This document shows, piece by piece, positions 31,810 to 41,369 of a stretch of 64,000 bases of DNA. Numbering within the stretch: position 1 is the stretch's first letter; every line of letters begins with the position of its first letter. Source of the stretch: Desulfuromonadales bacterium (GTDB lineage Bacteria; Desulfobacterota; Desulfuromonadia; Desulfuromonadales; SZUA-540); NCBI GenBank assembly GCA_033549025.1, contig JAWSUS010000007.1, forward strand, positions 64,001-128,000. Reading direction: 5' to 3'. The translations under genes and the position numbers were made by a program. The notes under the pieces are model-generated. The model worked only from the letters and a program-made list of their open reading frames with translations, did not search any database and was not told the origin of the DNA.

Positions 31810-33267
31810 ATGAAAGCCGGCAGACGTTACAAGCACCTCGCACTGCTAAAAACGGCCAAGAACGGAAAACCAACGTTTGCGTTGCTGGCCGAAGATCAGG
31901 CCTTGTGTGACTTCTTCGATCATTGGGCATACCTGCTCGCCAAAAATAACAGCCCTAACACCGTCCGTGCCTACTCCTACGCAGTTGCAGATTTTCTCAA
32001 TTATATCGAAGAGATATCAATTCGGTTCGGCCCCCTCACCCGGGCCTTGCTTCGTGAGGCAATTGACAGCTATGAGAGCTACCTTGTTTTTGGTGAAGAC
32101 AGCGATGCTGAGATGGCGGCGGCGGCGGCCAAGGTGCTTGGCTCAAGAAGCTTGTCGGGAGGCTCCGTCGAGCAGCACTTTGCTGGTGTAAATCGATTTA
32201 TCGAGCAAAGCGAGAATCTTCGACAAAGCCTGCAATCTCTCGTAGGTACAGGTTTTTTGTCCGGACCCGCCAGCGCAGCGACAGCGTTGGTGGAGTATGG
32301 TTACGCCGACACGCCCGCCAAGGTTCAGGCAGCGATAAAGGGGAACAGTTGGCTGGCTGGGTGTATCAGCGGTGGTTACAAGAAGTTGGCGAAGAGGGGG
32401 TTGGGGAAAAAGGCCAAGGCGTCAGGCGTGGCTCACACAAATGAACACGGTGGCGACGATAAGACTTTTCCTTATGATCTCGCCGTCGCCACGATTAAAC
32501 AGGCCCCTTCTACTCGTGAAATGCTCTTGTGGTCTCACCTCTGCGCTACTGGATGTAGGGTGCATGAGGCTTTAACAACTCTAATCGATGACATAATCAT
32601 CGATATCAACGACCCAACCAACAATAGTGTTCGTATAGTCGACCCAGAAAAAAGGCGTAATGTGCTCTCTAGGTATCTGACCGAGGAGCAGATCAACATG
32701 CTTCCCCATAAAGGTAGACAGACAGAGACAACATATATGATTGAACCCTTTGCCTCAATGTTCTGGAAGTATCTCGATAAGTACATCCAAGAGGAGAGGG
32801 GTAAGGACAAAGGAAAAGGAAGGATTGTAACGCACAAGTTTCTTTATAGAAAACTAACCGACGGTGAGCCTTGCGTTAACTCCTACCAAACCCTTTGGGA
32901 GCGTTTCCATACTGTTTCCTTAAAGGTTACAGGGGAGTCTTACGGGTTTCACTCTTTAAGGCATATGTATGCCTACTATTTAGTGAACTTTGCCCCTAAT
33001 CCAAGCGGTGGCTTTGGTTTCGATTTGAAGACCGTTGGTGATTTACTTGGTCAAAAAAGTTTAAGTGCAACAAAAAGGTACGCAAGGAAAGACGCGCAAT
33101 TGCTTAGCATCGCCATAGGCGCTATGAATTACGAGAGGGATAGGAACCCCCACTTTTCTATTGCAAGCGCAAGACTATCTTTTCTTGAAAAGGAAGTGGA
33201 GAAGTTAAAGATGCAGATCGAGTACAATAATGCGGCCGGGGGGAAAGACATTGGTCAACTTAACTGA
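31810..33267 (+). CDS. Tyrosine recombinase
   Basis: TGCRVHE (R), HKGR (K), FHSLRH (HxxR), LGQ..ATKRY (Y); GGAGGGG RBS before ATG 31810. Confidence 0.88.
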   Translation: MKAGRRYKHLALLKTAKNGKPTFALLAEDQALCDFFDHWAYLLAKNNSPNTVRAYSYAVADFLNYIEEISIRFGPLTRALLREAIDSYESYLVFGEDSDAEMAAAAAKVLGSRSLSGGSVEQHFAGVNRFIEQSENLRQSLQSLVGTGFLSGPASAATALVEYGYADTPAKVQAAIKGNSWLAGCISGGYKKLAKRGLGKKAKASGVAHTNEHGGDDKTFPYDLAVATIKQAPSTREMLLWSHLCATGCRVHEALTTLIDDIIIDINDPTNNSVRIVDPEKRRNVLSRYLTEEQINMLPHKGRQTETTYMIEPFASMFWKYLDKYIQEERGKDKGKGRIVTHKFLYRKLTDGEPCVNSYQTLWERFHTVSLKVTGESYGFHSLRHMYAYYLVNFAPNPSGGFGFDLKTVGDLLGQKSLSATKRYARKDAQLLSIAIGAMNYERDRNPHFSIASARLSFLEKEVEKLKMQIEYNNAAGGKDIGQLN

Positions 33268-36200
33268 TCGCCCGATATGGAATGTAGACGATTCCGAGGT
33301 CGGGGTCAAAATAAGAAGAGCTGTAACCGAGGTTCATCGAATATGTAGAAGCATTATTCCCGTTGGCACAACCGGCAAACAATCAGCTATGGTGCCAACC
33401 TTAAAGGTCCTTGAATCGAAAGACCTTAGAACTATTGACACTTGGTCCATTGACAAGGCGAACAAGTTCATAGATAGGGCCGCACACACCAAGGACGTAT
33501 CCCCTCCAGGGGGGGTAGATGATATTTTTGGCGGAATCGCCAAGTGGGGCGCCACCCGTGGGTTTGGTACCTTCGCAAAGTTGGTGGTGATCCAATTGTG
33601 GATTGACGAAGTATTGATCGCCCCGTTGAATTACGGTGCGCCGTCAAACACAGACCATATACTGGATGCTTTGATCGCCAATGGTGAAAACAGCATCCTC
33701 GTTGATGTTCGCTCGGTGAATAAACTATCAAAGTTCGAGTATAGGGGGAGCGATAAGTTAGAGGATAGGAATAGGAGGGCCAATCATTGGTTTAGGCTGC
33801 TGCTGAATACCTCATTCTATAAGGTCGAGTCTTTAACCGAAGACGATATTAAAGTCCTTTTAAGGGCTGGTAGTGGCGTTAAAAGCTTGTTGCCGAGGTA
33901 TTACGTCCCCGACTTCCTTTTATCAATTACGGCCAAAAATGCAGAACTAAAGAAAACCGTCTCTGATCTGATTAGTGGCCATAAAGTGTCCGTTGCCGAA
34001 GCTTATAGTGCCGGTAGGGCGGAAAAGGCAACTCTGCCACCTCGGGTTAATAAAGGAGAATTAATTCCTAAGCTCTGTCTCGACTATTCAAGTGGATCGG
34101 ACCCGGACATATCGCTGGAAGATCTGGTTGGCGAGGTTGTTGGGACCATAAACCTTAGGAAGGTTTTCGGTGGCTCCCATGCGGATATGGGTCTGCCCAT
34201 CTACAAAGGGCTTCCAGATAAGGTAAGGGATTTTTGTCAGTTAATAAACACGACGTTTTCAAGCTTCATTAGGACGGCAGGGCAAATAAAAGGCGACAAT
34301 TATATCTTCGCCAAAAATATTATGATGTTTTACATATCGGTATGCCTGCCGAGGTTCTATCTGGATAGAGATGGGAGACTAGAAGAGTATCCAACTACGC
34401 TTAATGAATTCTCCTGTCCCTATTATGTTACAAGGGACTCCTTGTTGGACGATGTTCTCGATTATGACAAGAAGGCTCCAGACACGCTGATATCATTTGT
34501 GAACCTGTATTCAGACCTTCATGATTGGGTAAACGATACTCTCTATGCTCGTGTGCTGATACTGGAAAAGTATTTTCAGTATATAGTTGACAACAGAACA
34601 CTGATTCCGAACTCCGATAAAGTAACAAACACCTTTACTAAGGCCAATTATCCAAGAACAGCCAGGCGAACAGGAACGGCCAAGAAGCCAATACCAAGGA
34701 AATACTTCTCCACGTTCGTCGGATTATTATATACGCTTGAGTATTTGGTGACCCATCTAAACGCCATGGCCGATGGGCTTGCGCCCGGCTCAATTAACGG
34801 CAGTCTGCAATATGTGACCAGGGCCGAACTTGAAGAGCGGCATCTGTGGAGGGGGCTGTGGGGTAAGCCGGGGAGTATCGGCGGCCTGCTTGACCTGTCT
34901 TTATTGAACTACACGCCGATATATTTACACGGAGGCAAATATAGGCCGCTAAAAAAGTGTCACAGGTTCTACAGTATTTCAGAGTACGAACAGAAAGACG
35001 GTGTTCCTATCTCTTACGCAAGCCCTCACGAGATAAGAGCAACCATCCTGATGTGTGAAACAGGTATAAGACAAAAGCACCTACTATGGTTGGACGTCGA
35101 CCGGTATGACTGTTTTGTCGATAGAAGCCACGACCATGTACTATGCCCGTTGCTTGTAAATACAGACAAGGCCCATGATGAATGGACTGCTATCGTCAGC
35201 GCCAGGGTCATTAAAGTATGTGATCGACAAAGAGATTTTTACTTAAACTGTGGTGACCCGAGCTTTGACGAAAATATGTGGTACAGCGAAAGTGAAGGAG
35301 CCAAGTTCGGCAAGTTCAAACCGCTGTTCCGCCAGCCAAAGGCCGCAACCAGTTGGACGAACCATATAGCATTCCCCAAACTCCTCTGGACATTGCAGCA
35401 CATCATTCACGAGGATCTGAAGGAGTATGATGCTCCTGACCTTGTCATGCTTGCGTCCACCACTGGAAAAGGAGAGCGAACCGAAGTCATCGAATATACA
35501 GAAAAATCCCTGTCCGGATACAGGATTATCAGCAAGCACACCCCGCATGCGCTTCGGGCGGGCTTTGTGACAGAGGCCATCAGGTTTCTGCCCCCGTCGC
35601 TGATCGGTGAGTGTATGACCGGCCAAACGGAGTCCTTGGTCTGGTATTACACCGTCACCGACCCTAATGACTTCACGAGCCACCAGCAGTTGCTGGCCAA
35701 CTACCTATCCAAAAACGCAGAGGCAATATCACGAGGAGACGCTCCAGAGCTGGCCGCAACCGTGGCGAAGGTAAACAAAAAGCTGATGTCCGCTATTGAG
35801 GCCGACCCGGCCGCCGCAGTAGAAAAATATAAGCTTATGAGCCTCACCGGGATCTCGGAAGACAAGACGGGTCTGAAGCTGGTCCTAGCCAAAAAGCACA
35901 CGAAGCTGGCCTTTAACCCGTCTCATATATGCCCATTCGACAACAGGTGCCCCAAGGAGGTCTTCGAGGCGTACGGGCCGAATAGGCCGTGTGCTCTCTG
36001 TACGTATTCGATTCGAGGTGTCCCTCACTTGCCTGCGGTCAGCGCTTGCAAGAGCAAGAACTTTGAGCTGATGGGCGAATATCAACAAAAAATCATCGAA
36101 TACATTAAGCGGCCGAAGTCGGCCCAAAATGCAAGTGAGCTAGAAAAGCTCAACGATGAACATGACAATGCTATGCGAGAAGCAACGGCGCTAGAAGCGA

Positions 36201-36607
36201 TAGAACAGCAGCTCTATGCCCTGTCAGAGTCCGAAGACAGTAATGCCTACATTGTGCAAGAGAAGGATGCCCTAGTGGCACACTTTGAGAAGGTCGAACT
36301 TAACGAGGCAGAGCACCTTATAAAAAGGCTTGTCGACGTGCAGAACTTTCCAGATCTTGACAGTCCCACCATCCAACGGAAATTCGCCTATCTAAGAAAG
36401 AAGCTCCTCATTAATGATGGTGACTTGGCCGGTCTTTTAAGTGACTTCGACGGAGAAACAGAGGTTAAATTATTGACATCACAGTTGAAGAGCATGATGG
36501 ATGTGAAGAAACTTGGAGTAAAGGAGATATTTAAAATAGCCTCTTCAAATCCAAGGACTGAGCAAAACCTTTCATCCGGTTCTTCGATAAAGAATCTCTT
36601 GACCTAA
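33251..36607 (+). CDS. Very large (~1120 aa) tyrosine recombinase-like protein
   Basis: ETGIRQ (R), NTDK (K), TPHALRA (HxxR), TGQT..VWYY (Y), then Cys-rich HICPF..CP..PCALC; TTG start overlaps the upstream gene (start uncertain). Confidence 0.78.
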   Translation: MVNLTDRPIWNVDDSEVGVKIRRAVTEVHRICRSIIPVGTTGKQSAMVPTLKVLESKDLRTIDTWSIDKANKFIDRAAHTKDVSPPGGVDDIFGGIAKWGATRGFGTFAKLVVIQLWIDEVLIAPLNYGAPSNTDHILDALIANGENSILVDVRSVNKLSKFEYRGSDKLEDRNRRANHWFRLLLNTSFYKVESLTEDDIKVLLRAGSGVKSLLPRYYVPDFLLSITAKNAELKKTVSDLISGHKVSVAEAYSAGRAEKATLPPRVNKGELIPKLCLDYSSGSDPDISLEDLVGEVVGTINLRKVFGGSHADMGLPIYKGLPDKVRDFCQLINTTFSSFIRTAGQIKGDNYIFAKNIMMFYISVCLPRFYLDRDGRLEEYPTTLNEFSCPYYVTRDSLLDDVLDYDKKAPDTLISFVNLYSDLHDWVNDTLYARVLILEKYFQYIVDNRTLIPNSDKVTNTFTKANYPRTARRTGTAKKPIPRKYFSTFVGLLYTLEYLVTHLNAMADGLAPGSINGSLQYVTRAELEERHLWRGLWGKPGSIGGLLDLSLLNYTPIYLHGGKYRPLKKCHRFYSISEYEQKDGVPISYASPHEIRATILMCETGIRQKHLLWLDVDRYDCFVDRSHDHVLCPLLVNTDKAHDEWTAIVSARVIKVCDRQRDFYLNCGDPSFDENMWYSESEGAKFGKFKPLFRQPKAATSWTNHIAFPKLLWTLQHIIHEDLKEYDAPDLVMLASTTGKGERTEVIEYTEKSLSGYRIISKHTPHALRAGFVTEAIRFLPPSLIGECMTGQTESLVWYYTVTDPNDFTSHQQLLANYLSKNAEAISRGDAPELAATVAKVNKKLMSAIEADPAAAVEKYKLMSLTGISEDKTGLKLVLAKKHTKLAFNPSHICPFDNRCPKEVFEAYGPNRPCALCTYSIRGVPHLPAVSACKSKNFELMGEYQQKIIEYIKRPKSAQNASELEKLNDEHDNAMREATALEAIEQQLYALSESEDSNAYIVQEKDALVAHFEKVELNEAEHLIKRLVDVQNFPDLDSPTIQRKFAYLRKKLLINDGDLAGLLSDFDGETEVKLLTSQLKSMMDVKKLGVKEIFKIASSNPRTEQNLSSGSSIKNLLT

Positions 36608-36630
36608 AACAGCGTCTGGGGGGGTGTATT

Positions 36631-37275
36631 ATGGTGGCTAAGAAGAAGAGAACGTTTGATCCCTTTGAGGAGCATAGGGAAGGGAAGGTCAATAAAAGAC
36701 TTCGCCACGTAAGGACTTCCCTTTCGATTTTGAAGAATAGCAAATACAATAGCATGACAAAGCTCGCCGAGGCTGTTGCGGCGCTTGTTACCGAGTTCGA
36801 GTTGAGGGATGCGGGGGTTAATGAAAAGACCGATGAAATAAAGGGTTGCGACCCATCGGCGCTGATTCGGAGTGGCTCTAAGTATAGAGAGGCCATACAA
36901 GCAGGCTGGGAGATACGTCAGGGCGGTAGTGAAAAGGAAGGCGAGGGTGTTTCCGAGTTAGAGTCTCTAAAGATCAGGTGCGCAAACCTCGCCCACCATA
37001 ACGATCTGCTAGAAAGAAGGCTTGAGCATAAGGGTCTGACTGCACTGCTCGAGCAGCCTAATGCTGCGCTAGAGGAAAAGGTCAAGGATATTAGGGCCTT
37101 GCTTGACATTATCAACGGGGTGTTTGGGCAAGTGGCAGACTTGTTCACGACGGTACTGGAGGGGGATGAAGACTCTGAGCACCCCGAGGCGGGTCTGTAC
37201 GGGCCGCATGGCCTGGCTGTGGGAATTGAGGCGTTGAAGCGCCTTAAGGGGGCGCAAGATGGACAAAAAGATTAG
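36631..37275 (+). CDS. Element core protein with coiled coil, function unknown
   Basis: 214-aa ORF in operon with the recombinases; heptad-rich middle. Confidence 0.65.
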   Translation: MVAKKKRTFDPFEEHREGKVNKRLRHVRTSLSILKNSKYNSMTKLAEAVAALVTEFELRDAGVNEKTDEIKGCDPSALIRSGSKYREAIQAGWEIRQGGSEKEGEGVSELESLKIRCANLAHHNDLLERRLEHKGLTALLEQPNAALEEKVKDIRALLDIINGVFGQVADLFTTVLEGDEDSEHPEAGLYGPHGLAVGIEALKRLKGAQDGQKD

Positions 37276-37738
37276 TCCCCATGAGAAGGGCATCCTGAAC
37301 GCCAAGAACTACGCCAAGTACGTTAAGGGCCTGGAAGAAAACGGGAAGCAGTTTCCGGTTAATCAGTTTGGCGAGGTCAATAAGGAGGCTGTCGCTGCGG
37401 CCTGTGGCTTTAATCGTCAGGTCTTCAACCCAAAGAGTAACAAGAAGATGGCGGATCGCCTGGCGGCCGACGTAGATAGGATCGGGATTGAAGGTGAATA
37501 TATACCGCCACAAGCCCCGGGAGAGTCAGAAGGTGCACTGGCCAGGAGGGCAAAGAAAAGTGCGGAGACCGTTAGCAAGCTCAGGAAGGATCTGGCCATA
37601 GAGAAAGAAAAGGTCACGTCTCTTGAGGTGCAAATAAAAAAGCTCGAATACGAGCTTGATACGCTTAAACAGTCATCTGCCGAGCAGAAGAACAGCTTTG
37701 ACTTTATGGTTTCCACCGGCAGAAGGTTCACTCTATGA
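37259..37738 (+). CDS. Small HTH-like + coiled-coil protein, candidate recombination accessory factor
   Basis: VNKEAVAAACGFNRQVF HTH-like segment, C-terminal coiled coil, overlaps both neighbours. Confidence 0.65.
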   Translation: MDKKISPHEKGILNAKNYAKYVKGLEENGKQFPVNQFGEVNKEAVAAACGFNRQVFNPKSNKKMADRLAADVDRIGIEGEYIPPQAPGESEGALARRAKKSAETVSKLRKDLAIEKEKVTSLEVQIKKLEYELDTLKQSSAEQKNSFDFMVSTGRRFTL

Positions 37739-39909
37739 GAATCTCCGAAATCGTCGAAGTCAGAAATGTATGGCCTTCCCCGTTTGGTGGCGCCATGTTT
37801 AAGTGCGTAAAAGCCGGAGGAAGTCGACTGTTCTTATGCAAGGCAGGATACAACGTTCTTGCCAGGATACCCAAGGAGTCTGAGTTCTGGAAAATAACCG
37901 GAGATATGACCTACACCCAAGAAAATGGTGTCGTTTGTAATGTTATTTCGGCTGTGGTCACCGGCCTGCCATCAGACAAATATGTCGGCGGCCTGTTGAA
38001 AACCCATGATGCCTTCAGGGGTTTCGATTTCGGTCTAAAGAAGATCGACCGGCTCCTCGATGCTACCGCCGACTCCGACCTCGTTGATATGCTCAACAGT
38101 GGGGATTGGCAGTCCATCTCAAACACCGGGTTGAGCGAGAAGATATCTAAGCGGGTGTGCGAAGAGTGGGGCAAGCTGAAGGAGGAGAGGGATCTAGCTA
38201 CCTTCTTGCACGACCATCAGCTTGACAGTAGCTTGGCCTCCAAGGTCATCAAAATGTGCTCCCGCAACCCCATGGAGAGGCTAAAGAATAACCCCTTCTC
38301 CCTGCTCGCCTTGAGCAACGCTACAATCCGGAACCTGCAAGATATCGCAGGGATAGCCAGCAGGCTGGGCATTGACGAAAACGATGACCGGACTCTTGTT
38401 GGCCTCGTAGAGTTTGCCCTGTATGAGGCTCTGGAGGATGGGAGCACCATTGTCGAGGTCGACGCCCTGAGGGCCAGGATCTCCGAACTCAGCAAGCTGG
38501 TGGGCACTACCCTGCCACCAGACGCCGCCATCTGTGCAGCATTGAAGATCAAGGCCGTCTGTGTGTTTACGGAGGACGGCAAATACTTTATTCAGTTGAT
38601 CGGAGTTGCCTACATCGAACAAAGTGTCGAGAAAAAGCTTTCCTGGCTACAAAAACAGCCAATGCAGCTTCGACTGAAAGAGTTGTCTGGGGGCACCCTG
38701 ACTGAAAAGGTGAGCGCCTACAATAAGCGACTGCGTAACAGTGAGGGATATTCGCTTACAAACCAACAGTGTGATGCAGTTGAAATGGCTCTCTCTAACA
38801 GACTTTCCTTGCTGTCAGGTTTTGGTGGTACGGGTAAAACGACTGTTCTTAAAGCCATAGTTGAGCTTGCCGAAGAATTTGAAATACCAGTACATGTCTG
38901 TGCTTTAGCTGGAAAGGCGGCCGACAGAGCGCGGCAGTCAATCAACCGTGAAACCTTCACTATTCATGGGTTGATATACGAGATAATAAAATCCAACGGT
39001 AAGGTTAATAAGGGGTCAGATCCGCTCATTATCATTGATGAGTCCTCCATGGTCGACATTTCACTTGTCAGGAAATTCCTTTCTTCATTCGGCGATAGCC
39101 CATTTAAGGTTCTGCTGGTCGGAGATACTGCACAGTTGGCTCCAATTGGGTTTGGCTTGTTCTGGCACGAGATGGTTAAGTCGGACGTGCCGAAGGTTCA
39201 CTTGACCAAGGTCCATCGCCAGTTGGCAGGAAGCCCCCTGCATAATGCGGCAATGCATATCAGAGAGGGCCAAATTCACGCCCTGGAGAAGTATTCGGGC
39301 CAAGAGGAGGGTATCTACCTTCTCGGAAGCATCGGCGACCCCAGGGTGGCGATACGCGATCTCATGAGGGAGGTGGATGCGGTTACGCTTACTTCGTACT
39401 CCAGCGACCGAATCGCTGGCTCATCAAGCCAGCTAAACGCTTACCTGCAAGGCGAACTTAACTCCAAGAGAGGAGTAAGTATGGGGCTTGCCACTATAGC
39501 TTTAAAGACTGGCGATCCAGTTATTGCGACGATCAACAACCAGGCGCTGGGCATTTACAATGGTATGGCGGGCTTTGTTAAGTCCATCGTTATTGATGGC
39601 GACGGTACAATGGGCTGCAATATCAAGTTTGACGACAGATCAAGCGAGATATTACTTTCGAGGGACGAGTGTTTCGAGGTTGGTCTCGATCTGGGATATG
39701 CCATAACTATTCATAAATCCCAGGGCAGCGAATATGAAAGCTGTATTGTCTGCTTGAGTAAGAACCTTGAAAGAAGTGCTATATACACCGCTGTAACAAG
39801 GACAAAGAAACTCTGCATTATTGTAGGCACTCAGCAGCAATATAATGATGCCGTCCGGGGGGAGCCGCGATACGAGCAGATCCAGTGTGGGTTTAGGTGC
39901 GCAGCCTAG
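37735..39909 (+). CDS. RecD/RecD2-like SF1B helicase
   Basis: GFGGTGKT, IIDESSMVD, GDTAQLAPIG, YAITIHKSQGSEY, YTAVTR. Confidence 0.9.
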   Translation: MRISEIVEVRNVWPSPFGGAMFKCVKAGGSRLFLCKAGYNVLARIPKESEFWKITGDMTYTQENGVVCNVISAVVTGLPSDKYVGGLLKTHDAFRGFDFGLKKIDRLLDATADSDLVDMLNSGDWQSISNTGLSEKISKRVCEEWGKLKEERDLATFLHDHQLDSSLASKVIKMCSRNPMERLKNNPFSLLALSNATIRNLQDIAGIASRLGIDENDDRTLVGLVEFALYEALEDGSTIVEVDALRARISELSKLVGTTLPPDAAICAALKIKAVCVFTEDGKYFIQLIGVAYIEQSVEKKLSWLQKQPMQLRLKELSGGTLTEKVSAYNKRLRNSEGYSLTNQQCDAVEMALSNRLSLLSGFGGTGKTTVLKAIVELAEEFEIPVHVCALAGKAADRARQSINRETFTIHGLIYEIIKSNGKVNKGSDPLIIIDESSMVDISLVRKFLSSFGDSPFKVLLVGDTAQLAPIGFGLFWHEMVKSDVPKVHLTKVHRQLAGSPLHNAAMHIREGQIHALEKYSGQEEGIYLLGSIGDPRVAIRDLMREVDAVTLTSYSSDRIAGSSSQLNAYLQGELNSKRGVSMGLATIALKTGDPVIATINNQALGIYNGMAGFVKSIVIDGDGTMGCNIKFDDRSSEILLSRDECFEVGLDLGYAITIHKSQGSEYESCIVCLSKNLERSAIYTAVTRTKKLCIIVGTQQQYNDAVRGEPRYEQIQCGFRCAA

Positions 39910-39986
39910 GTCGCCCGGCATCGCTGCCGCCGGCGGTGGCGGCTGGAAAACCAACATTGAGGCATTGACTCGGAAGAGGCACAGAG

Positions 39987-40646
39987 ATGTATCCAATCAA
40001 GTCGATCGTCTATTGGCTAGTTGTAGTTTTTGGCGTCTGTTTTTCTTTGAGTGGGTGCGCTGGTCTTATCCATACTGAAACAACACGTATAAAGGTTGAA
40101 GGTCTCATTGTTACTGACAGGGAGCATTTAACTGAGTGGTCGGAGTTTTTCAGTTCCCCAGATTCCAGGGTAAAAATTATTTCGGAAGAGGATAGCCTAG
40201 TACAAGCCTCGGACTTGGAAGTTGAGAATAAATTCTATCATGTCTCTTATTTGCCATACTACCAAGGGTTTTGCGAAGATTTCCGAAACGAAGGTCTTGT
40301 TGAAAAAGTTCAACGGGAATTTAAAAAGAAGAATGAAGGTATTATTGTCGAAAGCGCTAGTGTAGACGAAAAAACATTACAGAATTGCAAGGATGGACTT
40401 CAGAGCAGCGTAATTTGGTCGACCAACAACGACTCACACGTAGCCGAATTGCCCTTGACTATATATATGACTCTGGACTCCCTAGTAGAGAGTAAATACA
40501 AATATGAGTGGGCTGGAACGCGATGTGCTGATGGATGGATATCCTCTTCGACCGGAAGAGGAGCCTGCTCCTGGCACGGAGGGGTAGCTGGATCTGTGTA
40601 TAGGAAAAGATACCTAGTTGATAAGAATAGCCCATTATTCCCCTAG
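39987..40646 (+). CDS. Lipoprotein with C-terminal DUF3761-like Cys/His motif
   Basis: Lipobox LSGC; C-terminal CADGWISSSTGRGACSWHGGV. Confidence 0.7.
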   Translation: MYPIKSIVYWLVVVFGVCFSLSGCAGLIHTETTRIKVEGLIVTDREHLTEWSEFFSSPDSRVKIISEEDSLVQASDLEVENKFYHVSYLPYYQGFCEDFRNEGLVEKVQREFKKKNEGIIVESASVDEKTLQNCKDGLQSSVIWSTNNDSHVAELPLTIYMTLDSLVESKYKYEWAGTRCADGWISSSTGRGACSWHGGVAGSVYRKRYLVDKNSPLFP

Positions 40647-40669
40647 CCCTATCGACCGCGCGGTCTACG

Positions 40670-40861
40670 TTGAGGACATTCCTTCCCGTCTCCTCACGAT
40701 ACAACCCGTTCTATGGCCATACCCTTAAAGGCGCACTGAAGCAAATCAAACGCCTACTTGGCTGGGAAGCCGAAAATGCCTACGTTGACAAGGGCAACCC
40801 GAAGCAACTGGGCAAGACCAATGTTCATCTGAACATGGAACTTTATTCGATTGTGGCCTGA
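40670..40861 (+). pseudogene. IS5-family transposase fragment
   Basis: NPFYGHTL..ALKQ..LLG..AYVDKG resembles the NPYDGHTL..VDRG segment of IS5-type DDE transposases. Confidence 0.5.
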
Positions 40862-40880
40862 AGGCGAAATTTCGAGTTTT

Positions 40881-41369
40881 TCAGGGACGACTATTGTAAA
40901 AGACGACGTCTAAATCGAGATAAGAACAAAAAAGGAAAAAGGGGCTCCCGCTTATTCTCCAAGCGCGTGGACGCCATTGGTTAACATTGCCATACAAAAC
41001 AAGCATTGACGGGTTGTCGACGTAATTATCTGGAAACCTAGCTATATTTCTCAGGGCTTTTTTGTCTTTTCCGCTGAGGATTCCAGGCCCCGATGGGTGC
41101 GTATGCCAATCTCCCAAGTAAAAAATCTGCCCATCTTTTTCATCATAAATCCGCCCCATCTCTTCTCTCTGATAGTCTTCATCGGGGCTAAAAAAGCATT
41201 CCCCATGCACAGCATTAAGGCCTGGCCCGACCATGCCTGTGGCAACGATCTCTGTATTGTCTCTTGAGAAGTAACCGACTAAAAGCCCCCCTGTTTCCAG
41301 GGGGGCTTTATCGTTCGCCTCATCAAGCATCTCTTGATAAACGTTATTATTTATCCAGATCCTTTTCAT
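40881..41369 (-). CDS. JAB/MPN+ (JAMM) metallo-isopeptidase
   Basis: ETGGLLVG, YLGDWHTHP..SGKD (E..HxH..S..D); ATGA overlap with the upstream E2-E1 gene. Confidence 0.9.
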   Translation of the reverse strand: MKRIWINNNVYQEMLDEANDKAPLETGGLLVGYFSRDNTEIVATGMVGPGLNAVHGECFFSPDEDYQREEMGRIYDEKDGQIFYLGDWHTHPSGPGILSGKDKKALRNIARFPDNYVDNPSMLVLYGNVNQWRPRAWRISGSPFFLFCSYLDLDVVFYNSRP

